This document shows positions 30,853 to 44,542 of a stretch of DNA of 64,000 nucleotides, piece by piece (position 1 is the first letter of the stretch; every line of letters starts with the position of its first letter). The notes beneath the pieces were generated by a model. It searched no databases and was not told where the DNA came from. It saw only the letters and a list, made by a program, of their open reading frames with translations. The position numbers and the translations under genes are program-made. Source of the stretch: Octopus vulgaris (Eukaryota); the NCBI GenBank assembly GCA_951406725.2, contig OX597833.1, forward strand, positions 70,060,001 to 70,124,000, given 5' to 3'.

Positions 30853-31238
30853 AACGTGTGTTTATGTATGTATGTACGCATAATATAATACATGAAATAT
30901 ATTATATGTAAGCATATTTCAAATTATATCTATTATGTATAAATGCCTGTATATGCATGTATATATTCATCTCCTCGTGCTAGCAACTAAATCCACCTCA
31001 AACCACTTCTCGTTATATATGAGGAATATTAAAGAATTAAGGAAAGAAGACATTGCATCATGTAAACATATATGCTATTAAAAAGAGAGGAGATGGTCAT
31101 GGCTAGAATGCATTGGGCATAGATTTTCTAAACGGTGATCAGTGCCGTTTTAATAGCGGGGCTTGATGCTAATTAATAAGCAGTAGCTACACTACATATC
31201 GTCCGAGAAAGACACATCAATTCGACTTTACTCCGTAT

Positions 31239-31305
<67 letters not shown>

Positions 31306-31344
31306 TAATAATAATAACAACAATAATAATAAGAAGAAGAAGAA

Positions 31345-31941
31345 GGGATATATTCACAGACATGACAGAGTTGGAACCTACATACACTGGAAGCTATGCC
31401 AACATTATGGAATAACAACAGAAAAAAGATGGTATAGGCACACACCAGAAAAGGTCACAGAAAACGAGAAAGCAACCATACTCTGGGATATGCCAATACA
31501 CACAGATAGAGAAATTAAGGCCAACAGACCAGATATAGTTGTTAGTGATCATGAAGAAAAAAAATGCTTTCTAATTGATGTATCAATACCGGCTGATGAC
31601 AACGTGTCTTTAAAAGAAATGGAGAAACTCTCAAAATACAAAGACCTGGAAATAGAGGTAACCAGAATGTGGAATCTAAAAACAGAAACACTTCCTATCA
31701 TAGTAGGTGCATTAGGCATGATAAAAAAATAATCAGACAAATACATAACAAAAACACCAGGACTTACAAACACATATAACATACAGAAAATTGCACTACT
31801 ATGCTCTGCACACATCCTACGCAGAACACCTTCCATACAATAACCATCAGAGCATCACAACAAATCACAGCACATACCCAAGGCACACAGAGCTGCACTC
31901 GGTAGTGAAGTGAAAGCACGCTATAAAAATAAAACTACTGA
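31345..31941 (+). mobile_element. R4/Dong-type LINE 3' end (restriction-like endonuclease domain plus 3'UTR) inserted in (TAA)n
   Basis: ILWDMPIHTDREIKANRPDIVV...CFLIDVSIP.D.N...KE.EKLSKYKDL...PIIVGALG (PD-(D/E)xK RLE); (TAA)n on both sides, consistent with Dong target preference. Confidence 0.85.
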
Positions 31942-31953
31942 ATGATAATAATG

Positions 31954-32026
<73 letters not shown>

Positions 32027-32093
32027 CAACAACAACAACAACAATAACAATAACAATAATAATAATAATGATAATAATAATAATAATAATAAT

Positions 32094-32135
<42 letters not shown>

Positions 32136-32669
32136 TAATAATAATAATAATAGTCGTGTTTAAAATTATTTTTAACTGCTTTCAAAACTTGGTTCTCGCT
32201 GTCGAGCTGCTCTTTGCTAATTAATTTAAAATTAAGAAATTGGACTTAATTCGCTTTACTCTACATCAAATTATAATAATTCGTAATACACAGCAGTAAT
32301 AATATAGAAACACGTCTTTCTAATCAACAGTTAAGTGTTAATGTAGTACGCCAAGTAATTTAAATTCATTAGAATTAATTAAAAATTGAATGTGTGCCTA
32401 CATTGAAATTTTATTAAATTCTAATTAATTAAAATTTCAGAGTTGTCTGCCCCTGCCTATATTGATTGCAAATAAGCATTAAGCTGATGTGTTTTATCTC
32501 GCGTTCTTTCATACCGGTGAAGTTTTGATTAATTAAAAAAGACAAACTCGCTCAAGCCATTAAGTTATGTACAGGTCCACTTCTTCGTTAATTATCTCCC
32601 CTATCACCTCCACCACAATCATCATCACTTACCAGGCATTCTTGTGAAAGGGACTATTATTATTATGAC

Positions 32670-32748
<79 letters not shown>

Positions 32749-32777
32749 ATTATTACTATTATTATTATTATTATCAT

Positions 32778-32915
32778 TCTATGTTTGACTTTTGCTTTAC
32801 ATTTGCACAAGTTGGCTCCAAGTCTCACCCAGAGACCTCAAGAGACAACAAGTTGAAAGTTCATGTCGGTGTTATGCCTAGGGTGTCATATATTTGGTTT
32901 TGTACTTAGTGTTGT
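32778..32915 (-). mobile_element. Probable LINE 3'UTR ending in (AAT)n
   Basis: - strand ...ccctaggcat...gaggtctctgggtgagacttgga...aaagtcaaacatagaat then (aat)n; architecture like the 31840-31941 3'UTR. Confidence 0.45.
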
Positions 32916-32944
32916 ACTAGTGTTATTATTATTATTATTATTAT

Positions 32945-33012
<68 letters not shown>

Positions 33013-33175
33013 ATAGTGAATGAGAGAGCAGCGCATACAATCAAAGTGACACTGGGCTACAATTATACGAAGCCCAATATACTCATCATGACTACCCGTC
33101 TAATAAGGGGTACACCAGGCACATGCATCACAACCATATGAGCGCGACATGGTCACCTCATATCAAGATAAGATT

Positions 33176-33420
33176 TTTACTCACTGTTCCTAGGGCTCCG
33201 ACAATTATTGGTACTACTACCACCTTTTTCAGCGACCATAATTGCTTAATCTCCCAAGATAACCTGTCATATCTATCGACTTTTCTTTCTTCCTTATCGC
33301 GTACCTTGCTGTCAACTGGGCATGCTATATCTATGATCCAGCATCGTTTGATTTCTTTCACTATGGTTTCCTATTCTCTATCTCATGGTCGCACTGAATC
33401 ATAAAATCCCAAAGGCTCAT
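33176..33420 (-). mobile_element. Second RLE-endonuclease LINE fragment
   Basis: CWIIDIACPVDSKVRDKEERKVDRYDRLSWEIKQLW...VVVVPIIVGALGTV on the - strand. Confidence 0.78.
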
Positions 33421-33443
33421 TGCATTATCATTTTCGATAGATG

Positions 33444-33498
<55 letters not shown>

Positions 33499-33500
33499 GG

Positions 33501-33539
<39 letters not shown>

Positions 33540-33556
33540 GTAGGTAGGTAGGTAGG

Positions 33557-33603
<47 letters not shown>

Positions 33604-33746
33604 GTAGGTAGATAGATAGGTAGGTAGATAGATAGGTAGGTAGGTAGGTAGGTAGATAGATAGAAAAATAGATAGATAGATAGATAGATAGAAAACATAT
33701 CGTAATAGGCCATGTATAATGACTCTTCAATGCAGTAAAAGAGGAT

Positions 33747-33811
<65 letters not shown>

Positions 33812-34427
33812 ATGGTGGTTGTTGTTGTTGTTGTTATTGATTAGCTTGTTGCTGATGTTGTTGCAGCGTTTTTGGTAAGACAATAGAATCGGGAACCTGT
33901 AAATAGAAGCAAGAGCCGAACAGCGGAAGCAGCGCATAAACTACCGGAAGCAGTTCATCACCACACAACGGAAACTGCGTATAACATAATGGAAGCAGAT
34001 GATAGCTAATGGATAATGAGGATTTCTAAATATCGCTTTTCTATCAACGGTATATATATGACCACAAATGGCGAGGTTTAATGGTGGAAGGTCGTCGTTA
34101 ATTTGACGCCAGAACTCGCTCCGTTCTTTTATATTATCGACTGCGGAAGGACGACGGGCAAAACTGACATTGACGATATTTCAACTCATTCAAAAGCTTC
34201 ACCGATTCTGCCAACACGTCTTCCTTACCATTTCTTAATTTGGTAAAATAAGAGACCGCTAAAGGGGCAGGAATCGCTAGAGCGTCGACCTAAGTGCATC
34301 AACCTTTTTACACGTTTTATTCAGTGGACTGTGACGATGCAGCGGCACCGCTTTGACGGGTTTTAGTCGAATAAATCGACCTCAATATTAATGATTTGTT
34401 TTGTTTGTTACTTTTAATTGTCTTCTA

Positions 34428-34675
34428 TTGGGTTGGGGCATAATTATTGCGGCTTTTTTACAACGAAGTTTATTCAACAAAAACAATAACAATATTTAAC
34501 AAAACATCTTTAAATGACGGTCTGACCGTCTGTCAAGCAAATGGGAAGCAGTAATTGAAGTAGATGGTGAATATGCTCCGGAATAACCATTTAAAGATGT
34601 TTTTGTTACATGTTATTATTTTTGTTGAATAAAATTTGTTGAAAAAAAAGCCGCAATAATTATGCACCAACCTAA
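34428..34675 (+). mobile_element. Mariner-derived MITE with TA target duplication, nested in a decayed SINE
   Basis: TIR ttgggttggggcataattattgcggc / gccgcaataattatgcaccaacctaa (mariner-type), ~100 bp arms, internal remnant ..RLSSKWEAVIEVDGEYAPE*; TA at 34426-27 and 34676-77. Confidence 0.85.
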
Positions 34676-34955
34676 TATTATTCTATCGACCTCTCTAAGG
34701 TACGGAGACAAAAACAACGCGATACCAGTTTGTCAAGCAGTGGATGAGGAATGGCAAACACCGGTCCAAGGACATTCGCGCGCTCACACACACACACACA
34801 CACTTACACACATACCACTTCCCCCGGACACAAACACACACACACAAATATATCTTTTACATTTGTTTCAGTCGCTGCACTACAGCCATGCTGGAGCACC
34901 ACCTTCAAAGGCCGCAGTCAAATGACTGAAAAAAGTAAAATAATAAAATAAAAGA

Positions 34956-34992
<37 letters not shown>

Positions 34993-35030
34993 ATAAATAA
35001 ATATATATGTGTATATATATATATATATAT

Positions 35031-35706
35031 ATACCAATTAAGGACTGAACACGAAAAGTGGACAGTCAACATGCTAGATATAGACGTCAAATCGCCATTC
35101 TCCACAAAATATTATGTTCTCAAATAAAACTCAGCACAAAACCAAAGCAATAAACAAGACAAATGAAAATATACGAAATAAAATAATTACCCATGTACTG
35201 ATCAGTTTCGGTTATTATTATCCGCAAGGATAACTGTAACTTCTGCTAATTATTAGCTGCAGGCTAGTTTTTCGGGTCTCAGCGCGCCAAAGTAAAGGCA
35301 TTTGAGAAATACATTCGAATATAATCGGTTGAACTCCATGCACGCGACACTCCGGTATGTTTTTGCATCTAGTCCAGCAAATTGTATTCATAACAGACCA
35401 TGCTGATGAAGTTACAGTTATCCTTGCGGATAATAATAACCGAAACTGATCAGTGCATGGGTAATTATTTTATTTCGTATATTTTCATTTGTCTTGTTTA
35501 TTGCTTTGGTTTTGTACTGAGTTTTATTTGAGAACATAATATTTGTGGAGAATGGTGATTTGACGTCTATATCTAGCATGTTGACTGTCCACTTTTCGTG
35601 TTCAGTCCTTAATTGGTATATATAAATATTTTAATCTTCGGATTCTTTTTAATATGCTACACCACTGGTTTTAATTGACTAATATCAATTTCTACCCTTA
35701 ATTAAT
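35031..35706 (+). mobile_element. Penelope-like pseudo-LTR relic with ~213 bp inverted arms
   Basis: 35031-35243 is the near-perfect reverse complement of 35408-35620; hammerhead at the start of the right arm; (TA)n both sides. Confidence 0.65.
35398..35460 (+). ncRNA. Type I hammerhead motif, canonical CUGAUGA core, long stem II, palindromic stem III
   Basis: CCATG CTGATGA a GTTA-cag-TTATCC-ttgc-GGATAA-taa-TAAC c GAAAC TGATCA GTG CATGG. Triplet is GTG here but GTA in the inverted partial copy at 35191-35243. Confidence 0.75.
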
Positions 35707-35716
35707 TATATATATA

Positions 35717-35806
<90 letters not shown>

Positions 35807-35832
35807 GCAGACAGAGAAAAACCAAGACAGCG

Positions 35833-35880
<48 letters not shown>

Positions 35881-35918
35881 CAGCGAACGAAAGAAACATA
35901 TTTATATATGTAACTAAC

Positions 35919-35958
<40 letters not shown>

Positions 35959-36156
35959 TACATACATATATACATGTATATATATGCATATATATACATA
36001 CATATATACATATATACATATATATATATGTATATATATATATATTATATATAAAGACATGTGTGCGCGTATGTGTGCCTATGTTTATAGATGTACACAT
36101 TACATACGTATGTATGCATATGTATGTATGTGTATGAATCTGTAGATATATATATA

Positions 36157-36213
<57 letters not shown>

Positions 36214-36692
36214 TAAATCAACTACTACGTGGAATTAATAATCCGGCAGATTTTCAACGAGTGAACCGAGAGACGACATAGCAGAGCTGTTATTAATTCT
36301 CAGGGATTTCTCCTCTTTCCAAGAATTATTTGTTCGCTCGGCCGACCAGAAACAATTTTGAGTTATGGGGAATGCTTTAAGATAGAGCATCATTTAACTC
36401 ACTTTCACTAGTTTCCATCCAGCGAGCTACGGCCATTCGGGAGCAGTTTCCATTTACATGTATCTACATCGTAGGCATTGCCTGACACTTGACTTAGAAT
36501 CTTACATGGCTGGAAGTCTTTTATCATAGAACTGCCTTTTCACAGCTGACCTGGAGCTAAACTACAAGGATAAATACACTGCGCATCTATAGAATAAGAA
36601 CACGATTTCCAAGAAATAACGTTTAATTTTCCCATAAAGGCATACCCTAGTGTTTCGAAAACGGTATCCAAGACTTCAGTCAGCTATCGTAA

Positions 36693-36985
36693 TCTTTATA
36701 TATAAAAGTCAAGTTGTGTGTCTGTCTCCTACGATTTAGATTCCTAACTACTCCCACATTTTGCGGTGCAGTTTAACCAAAACCGGGTATCTTATAGTCG
36801 TGATTCATATCAAGCCCTTCTGGGTATTAGCGCGCGTCTACGATGAGTCTACGATTTTTAAAATATTTACCATCATTTGTTTCCATTTTTAATGCATTTT
36901 TTGCTATTTTTTGCTATAACTCTCTAAAAATGCTTATATAGTTATTTCCCTTACAAACCCGAGCAACGCCGGGCGATACTGCTAG
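36693..36985 (+). mobile_element. Non-autonomous Helitron
   Basis: A|TCTTTATATATAAAAG...acaaacccgagcaacgccgggcgatactgCTAG|T; same 3' terminus as the 27067 copy. Confidence 0.82.
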
Positions 36986-37601
36986 TATTAGATACATGAT
37001 GACTGAGAAGCAAATAAACCGAGACAGTCAGGACTTGAGCGCTTCAGAGCATAAGGATTGTTGAATGACGGTCAGACAGCCACAATCTCATCAACAGCAG
37101 CAGCGGCAGAAGCAGCAGCAGCAGCCGTTCAAGAATTTGGACCCGGAGATCTCCATTTCCAGCGACTTCGAGGGCCACCTCCCAGTGGTGTCGGGCATCA
37201 ACGAAGAGCCCTCGACTACAACAAGACGACCAAAGTTTTTTTTCTTTTTTCCAAGATCTGGGGTCTCCCGCCCCTAAGCCCTAGACCATCACCTAATCAC
37301 CCTTACCCGTCTTGTTGCTTAACAACAACAACAGCAGCAGCAGCAGCAACAGCCCCGACTTCCTACGCAACCGCTGAGCCTAGATGCACATTCATCCGTC
37401 GATGCTCTCGGTGTCGGGGGTTGACCTGCTTTCTCTTCTGCAGGTCTTACGAATAGCAAAGGACCACGTTTCGGACTTCTCCCATTCTCGAACGAAATCG
37501 CTTCGCTCAGCAAAGAAACAAACAAACAAACAAGCGGCAACAGCAACAAGAACAACAATAACAACAACGGCAAATTCTAGAACAGAGTAATACAGTTCGA
37601 A

Positions 37602-38415
37602 TTCTCAAAACTAGTAAATCTCAATTGACAGAGCAACGAGGAAGCCTCTATATGTTACCTGCTAAACAAAGGATATTTTTGTTCTCGTTGTTATCACAAA
37701 GTACCCAAGATGGAGCAGATTTGCCATGGAAGGCTTTCCCGCCGTGACCATCCTTTATTAAATCCTCATCTTCATGAAAGTCCGCACCACTTCATCCATC
37801 ACGACTTCTCTAAACTAGTAAATCTCAATTGACAGAGCAACGAGGAAGCCCCTATATGTTACCTGCTAGACAAAGGATATTTTTGTTCTCGTTGTTATCA
37901 CAAAGTACCCAAGATGGAGCAGATTTGCCATGGAAGGCTTTCCCGCCGTGACCATCCTTTATTAAATCCTCATCTTCATGAAAGTCCGCACCACTTCATC
38001 CATCACGACTTCTCTAAACTAGTAAATCTCAATTGACAGAGCAACGAGGAAGCCCCTATATGTTACCTGCTAGACAAAGGATATTTGTGTTCTCGTTGTT
38101 ATCACAAAGTACCCAAGATGGAGCAGATTTGCCATGGAAGGCTTTCCCGCCGTGACCATCCTTTATTAAATCCTCATCTTCATGAAAGTCCGCACCACTT
38201 CATCCATCACGACTTCTCTAAACTAGTAAATCTCAATTGACAGAGCAACGAGGAAGCCCCTATATGTTACCTGCTAGACAAAGGATATTTGTGTTCTCGT
38301 TGTTATCACAAAGTACCCAAGCTGGAGCATACTTACCATCAAAGGCATTCTTGTCGTGACCATCCTTTATTAAATCGTCATCTTCATGAAAGTCCGCACC
38401 ACTTCATCCAACACG
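37602..38415 (+). repeat. Tandem repeat, 4 x 204 bp
   Basis: ctagtaaatctcaattgacagagc starts at 37611, 37815, 38019, 38223; units 1-3 near-identical, unit 4 diverged in its 3' half. Confidence 0.95.
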
Positions 38416-38839
38416 TTCTTTTCTGAGAACGAGAAAGAGAGCGATTTCACTGTTAATTCTAACAGATCAGGCCACGACATACAAATTGCCTCGATGATGT
38501 CTATTGCAATGTATTGGTTATTGAGAGATCAATGTATCGATATTAGTTTACTGCTCTGGCTATAATCAATAACCTGAAAAATCATGAATCTGATAAAACA
38601 ATCGATGATCTTCGCGGGTAACAATTTATCACGAGCAGAGAAATGCATTTGGAAAATTAAGTGATCGCATTCAGCGCTAAAAATCAGTGTCCTATAATGA
38701 GCTTAAACATGATTTATTAATCCAATTAAGGACACGCAAAATTAGTAATAAAGAGAGGAGGCGGAAGGGGTCTACTCTTGTAACATAGAAGGGCGGAAGC
38801 GTTTGGAAGGCATTATGGGGGCTCGTCTGGTGTTCTGAC

Positions 38840-38974
38840 CTGCCATATGATTTAGCCTGAGTTATTTCAAATTTTACTCGGTAACAGACTTGCTCAATGA
38901 TACGTGTGATCATAAGACTACGATTTCTTGTTAGCAAGGGACCATCGTCATTCTTCGGCCGCATTTTCCACCCG
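38840..38974 (-). other. Candidate minus-strand exon (GWKMRPKNDDGPLLTRNRSLMITRIIEQVCYRVKFEITQAKSYG)
   Basis: Acceptor tctctctcttttatttacag and donor cag|gtcaga on the - strand; 135 nt with one open frame. No recognised homology. Confidence 0.3.
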
Positions 38975-39902
38975 CTGTAAATAAAAGAGAGAGAGATGTC
39001 TGAGAGATGTAGAAAACAATATGACAAGGAGTTTCTCATTGTAGGGCTGAGAGAAAAGTGCACCCACTGGAAATTGTGGAAGAAGGGCTTGTACAGTATT
39101 GACCTTATCAAAGGCACAGAATACTCTGGCGTCGGCCCTGCATTTAATCGATAACAGGTATTGAGGATTCAAAAAGTTTGGTAGCGCTATAGAATTTTAA
39201 ATACCTGGTATTTAGAGACACAGATTCTCAAATTTCCTTTCAGCTAACACTAGCAAACTCTCGTCACTTTCGTATCGAATTCTGAATATTACCATTTCAT
39301 ATAAAAATTATATTCTTATGAGAAGTGCATAATCTATGTAGCTTTTCGGATAAGTTTTCAAAAAGTTAGATTCTACAGCGCTTACACTATTCCGACATAA
39401 TCAATTCTCTTATGATGTCTTCTTTGATCAAATTACTAACTTTATATAATTTTTCCTCCATAAAACTTCATCTAGCCAATATTATGTATGTGGAGGTATG
39501 TGTGTATATATGCATACTCGCACACGCACACACACACACACACACACATGCACATATATATATACATACCTATAGATATGCACATTTATATACAAATGCA
39601 TACATACATATATATGTGCATATCTATATATGTATATATATATACATATATACATATATACATATATATATACATATATACATATAAACATATATATATA
39701 TATATATATACATATATATATTCATATATATACATATATATACATATATATACATCTATACATATATACATATATATATACATATATATATATATACATA
39801 TATACATATATATATTCATATATATATATACATATATATATACATATATATATACATATATATATATACATATATATACATCTATATACATACATACATA
39901 CA

Positions 39903-39938
<36 letters not shown>

Positions 39939-40589
39939 TATACATATATGTCTATATATATATATACATATATATACACTTTTATCATAATACTTTCATG
40001 TATTGATGAACGATAGGCCTGTGTTTATGAGATTAAATTCACCAAAACTGATATTAGTAGATGAGAGACACCTACCGTTTTGTTAGTCGAAACTATTTTC
40101 CTTTTTTTTTCTCTCCTGGCGCACTAAATGCACTTCTTTACTTCCTCTACACTACCGATAGGCGTATTCGGAGTCTCTTGATTCTTTCTTTCTTTTGTTC
40201 AGGGAGAAATTCATTAAATTTTGTTGCCTTTATGAAGCTATTGATTAGTAGATTTATTAATTGCGTTATTAAAATTTGTTATTTTATTGATTTCATGTTG
40301 TCCCTCTTTGATTAGGTATTGGGTAGTTTCGTCTGTTTCTGAGATGGTTTGAATAAACAACGGCGTGTCTTCGAATTTTTGGAATATTGAAAAATCCACC
40401 ATGATTAATCCATCTTGTAGTAATGTTTATAGTAACCTTCGATCTCTGATATTGGAATATTTTTGCGTGGTTTGATTTTGTTTTTCTTCTGAGAATATTG
40501 TGCTAAAAGAATAACATTAGCTTAACAGCAAGAACAATAATAATTACAAGGAAACGATGACGACGACGACGCCGGCAACTGGAACGACA

Positions 40590-40816
40590 ATGAAGAAGAA
40601 GAAGAAGAAGAAGAAGAAGAAGAAGAAGAAGAAGGAGGAGGAGAAGAAGAAGAAGAAGAAGAAGAAGAAGAAGAAGATGATGATTATGATGATGATGATG
40701 ATGATGAAGAAGAAATAGAAGAAATAGAAGAAGAAGAAGAAGAAGAAGAAGAAGAAGATGATGATGATGATGATGAGGATGATGATGAGGATGATGATGA
40801 TGATGATGATGAAGAA

Positions 40817-40848
<32 letters not shown>

Positions 40849-41050
40849 CGATGATGATGATGATGATGATGATGATGTCGATGATGAAGAAGAAGAAGAA
40901 ATAGAAGAAGAAGAAGAAGAAGAAGAAGAAGAAGATGAAGATGATGATGATGATGAAGAAGAAGAAGAAGAAGAAGAAGAAGAAGAAGAAGAAGAAGAAG
41001 AAGAAGAAGAAGAAGAAGAAGAAAAAAAAAACAACAACAACAACAACAAT
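40590..41050. repeat. Compound (GAA)n/(GAT)n microsatellite
   Basis: Direct inspection. Confidence 0.97.
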
Positions 41051-42510
41051 AAGAGGGGTGGGTTTATAGTAATGGGCAACACTAACTTACTATTTCACTT
41101 CCCCAAAAAGTACCCATTAACGTTGCTCAAATAATTACGAAAAATAATTAAAATAAAGCGATTGACGATCAGTTTGAGGGAGACTTGTGTAAGTATTGTA
41201 TTAACATCTTATCGAAATTTTATTTTAATACGTTTGAAATATTGTTAATGTGCGTCTTCACTGTAGACTGACACACGCCAGACCTTACTCCAAGCAAACA
41301 AGGGCCCAAAAAGATAAAACGGCAGGCATTACTGATGGAAACCATGTGTTGCACCCCGGAGTTAAACGGGAGATGCACACTTTGAGTTTAATGCATAAAA
41401 TGTACAAATATTTCCCAGCGTTAAAAAGCAAATAGACGCGTTACCTGATAAATATGATGAACTCCGAACTGAATGTGGCGAATATTTCTCCTCAAGTCAC
41501 AAAAATGTAAAAAGCATAAAAAGGGATTAAAAGAAGAAGTATGCATTTTAATACTTTGCACATATGTTACAACTATATTTGTCTCAAACACCGAAAATTC
41601 CACAGGAAAGACGAGTAATATTTGGAGAGGAAATAACGTTACTTTTAGAAGTAACTTTGGTTCCCTAAAGGCTGGCTTCTCCAAAATCAGACATTCTGCA
41701 GATCAAAGAATATCGGACGTACAAACAGAAGACTAAATTGCATAATGGATATATAAATGGTGATCAAAAAAGCCAAACACACATGGAAGATTATGAAACG
41801 AACGATGTTTAATACTGCATATTCAAAGACTTAAAACAAATTTGATAGCAAAAGATAAACGTCGGCATGGAATAAAGAAACACACATTTAGACGAACAGA
41901 ACGTATACGGCAAAGGCTAGAATGAGTGTAAATATCAAGTATTGACGAAAAAGGTCATATCAAAAGACAATAAGGGGATAATCGATGATGTGAGCAAGCA
42001 TTGATTGATTATTGGAGAAAAAAAATTCTTGTAATAATAGTTTTAACATGTAAAATATGTGGGTTAAAATGAAAATTAATTTTCTTAATTCAGGCGTGGG
42101 TGTAGATGTGTGGTTAAGACGCTTGTTCTGCGAACCACATGGTTTCGGGTTCAACCTCAGTGTGTCGAACCTTGAGCAAGTATCTTTATCTCTCGCTGCA
42201 CGCCGATTAGTGTCATCTGAGTGGATTTGTTTGACAGAAAATATATGGAAATCTAGTGTGTGTGTGTGTGGTTGCGTATGCGTGTGTGCGTGTGTGTGTG
42301 TGTGCTTGCGTGTGTGTGTGCTGGAGTATGTATGTAGGTGTGCTTGCGTATGTATGTGTGTGCTTGCATGTAGGTGTGCTTGCATATGTATGGTGGGTAT
42401 GCGTGTGTGTGTGTCAGTACTTGATCCCAGCCCACTCATCGCTTAACAACCAGTGTTAAATTGTTTTTTATGTCCCCCAACGTAAAGAACCGATAAAATA
42501 AGGAACGGTC

Positions 42511-43432
42511 ATGTTTGTGCCTCCCCGACTATACCATTCACGACACCCACCAACCTTGTTGCTAAGACCTTGGCCAATATCTTCACTTCTGCGTTTAACA
42601 GAGTGATAGGCCTGAAATTCTCTATAGCGTCCCCCTTGTCCGGATCCTTTCTGACCAACGTCACTACTACCCCGGCGCACAGATCTGGGAATAAACCCAT
42701 TCTGTTGCCAGTTCGCGTACACGTCAGCCAGTAGTTAAGTCTGGCATACATTTATATAGCTCGTACGGAAGACCATACAGTCGGCCAAAGCCTCCATCAC
42801 CTCCACAGGCGTGATTGACCCTTCGCAGGAAAGTCCTCGGGGCCTCTCCCCCCTCCAGGACCGCCGTCACCCCCGAACAGCTGGGCGAAGTACTCTCAAA
42901 AGGCCTCACACATTTTCTCGTGTTCATATACCAAGACACCATTTTGATTCGTTAAAGACCGAATAGTGGAACTATTTCCTTGCCGATCTTCTACCATTCG
43001 GGCCCATCCAGCGACCTTGATTCCTTTACTTCCCATCGCACGTAACTTAGCTCTGGCAATACTTCCCATGTGTTGGGCTTCAAGATGCTGGTTTAAATCC
43101 AGTCTTTTCACCCTCGCTTGGTCCGCATTACCAGTCCTCCAGGCTTCTTCCAGTTCCTTAACAAGACCATCTCCTATTTTACGTCCCTTCTTAAGGTAAA
43201 CTTATACTAAACCTAATAGACTCATATTTTATGGCTCTTTTGAGGGCGTACCACTATTTGTTATTAACGATAGTACCTGTTAATGCCCTCTGTATTAACA
43301 TATTGATCCATTTTCTGTACTCCTCAATCGCCAAAAGGGACGTATTGAGTTTCCAGTAGCCAGATCCCTGATTATGCAACTTATCTACCGTTAGTTTACA
43401 GGTAGCCATCTTGTGGTCACTTTAGCTGACTA
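42511..43432 (-). mobile_element. Tx1/L1-clade LINE ORF2 fragment (end of APE, linker, start of RT)
   Basis: SDHK...GSGYWKLNTSLL; GLPYELY; ENFRPITLLNAEVKILAKVLATRL; frameshifted. Confidence 0.85.
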
Positions 43433-43517
43433 GAAAAAACAGTGGACACTCGGCTATGGATTTATCTGTACTTATATATGTATACATATATATATATACA
43501 CATACATACACACACAA

Positions 43518-43598
<81 letters not shown>

Positions 43599-43628
43599 CA
43601 TACATACATACATACATACATACATACA

Positions 43629-43664
<36 letters not shown>

Positions 43665-43666
43665 TA

Positions 43667-43892
43667 TTTAAAAATAAGGATAAAATCTTTATAAGAAATT
43701 ATCAGTAGTTAGCGTGAAAAACCTCGTAAGAGAAAAAATCTGTAATTTTTTCCACTTTGAAAATATTTATTTATATTATATATAGAGGGTACTATTATTC
43801 ATAGGTACCGCACGCTAGGCGGGACTTTTGCAGTCAAAAGTCCCTCCTAGCGTGCGATACCTATGAATAATAGTACCCTCTATATAATATAA

Positions 43893-43895
<3 letters not shown>
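43667..43895. repeat. Fold-back element between TA-rich microsatellites
   Basis: ~62 bp near-perfect inverted repeat (43768-43830 / 43835-43895) with a 4-nt loop. Confidence 0.7.
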
Positions 43896-43956
<61 letters not shown>

Positions 43957-44542
43957 ATACAGCGTGGCCTAACTACAGCATAGTTGTTATTCAACTCTCT
44001 CTTTCGCATTCATATATTAACAGTTTACATCTTAATTATGAAAAGATATCAAACCATTATTCTAAGCTAATTTTGTTAATTTTGTCAAGCTCCCTTTTCA
44101 GTTTGTAAGATAGAAACTTAAATGTAATAAAATGTTTTTAAAAGAAATTCGAAGTGCCTACGTGATAACTGTAAACCTACTTTCGGGCCGACCTGTATAT
44201 ATGCAGCAGCTCCACCGCCGCCGCCACCATCACCACCACCACCACTGCTGCTGCTGCCTCTGCTGCTGCTACTATTACTACTACTGCGTCAAAAAATATT
44301 TTCGTTGCTTTGAAACCGTGTCCTGTTCACTGACAAAATTTCGCCCTATCTCTCTCTCTCTCTCTCTCTCTATGTATGTGTGTGTGTGTATGTAGGGTAG
44401 GGGGTATATATTTATTTAGATATATTGGTGAGTGCATACATGCTGGTCTATGCATGTCTGTGCATGCGTGTGTGTGCGTGTTTGTGTGTGTGTGTGTGTG
44501 TGTTTGACTGTATATGTGCTGTATATTTGTTTGTTTCCATAG

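Noticed and set aside
40030-41760. Possible decayed Penelope RT/GIY-YIG coding remnants (also ~15400-16560)
   Set aside because: Only vague motif resemblance; needs a translated HMM search. No autonomous partner for the hammerhead elements can be shown in this window.
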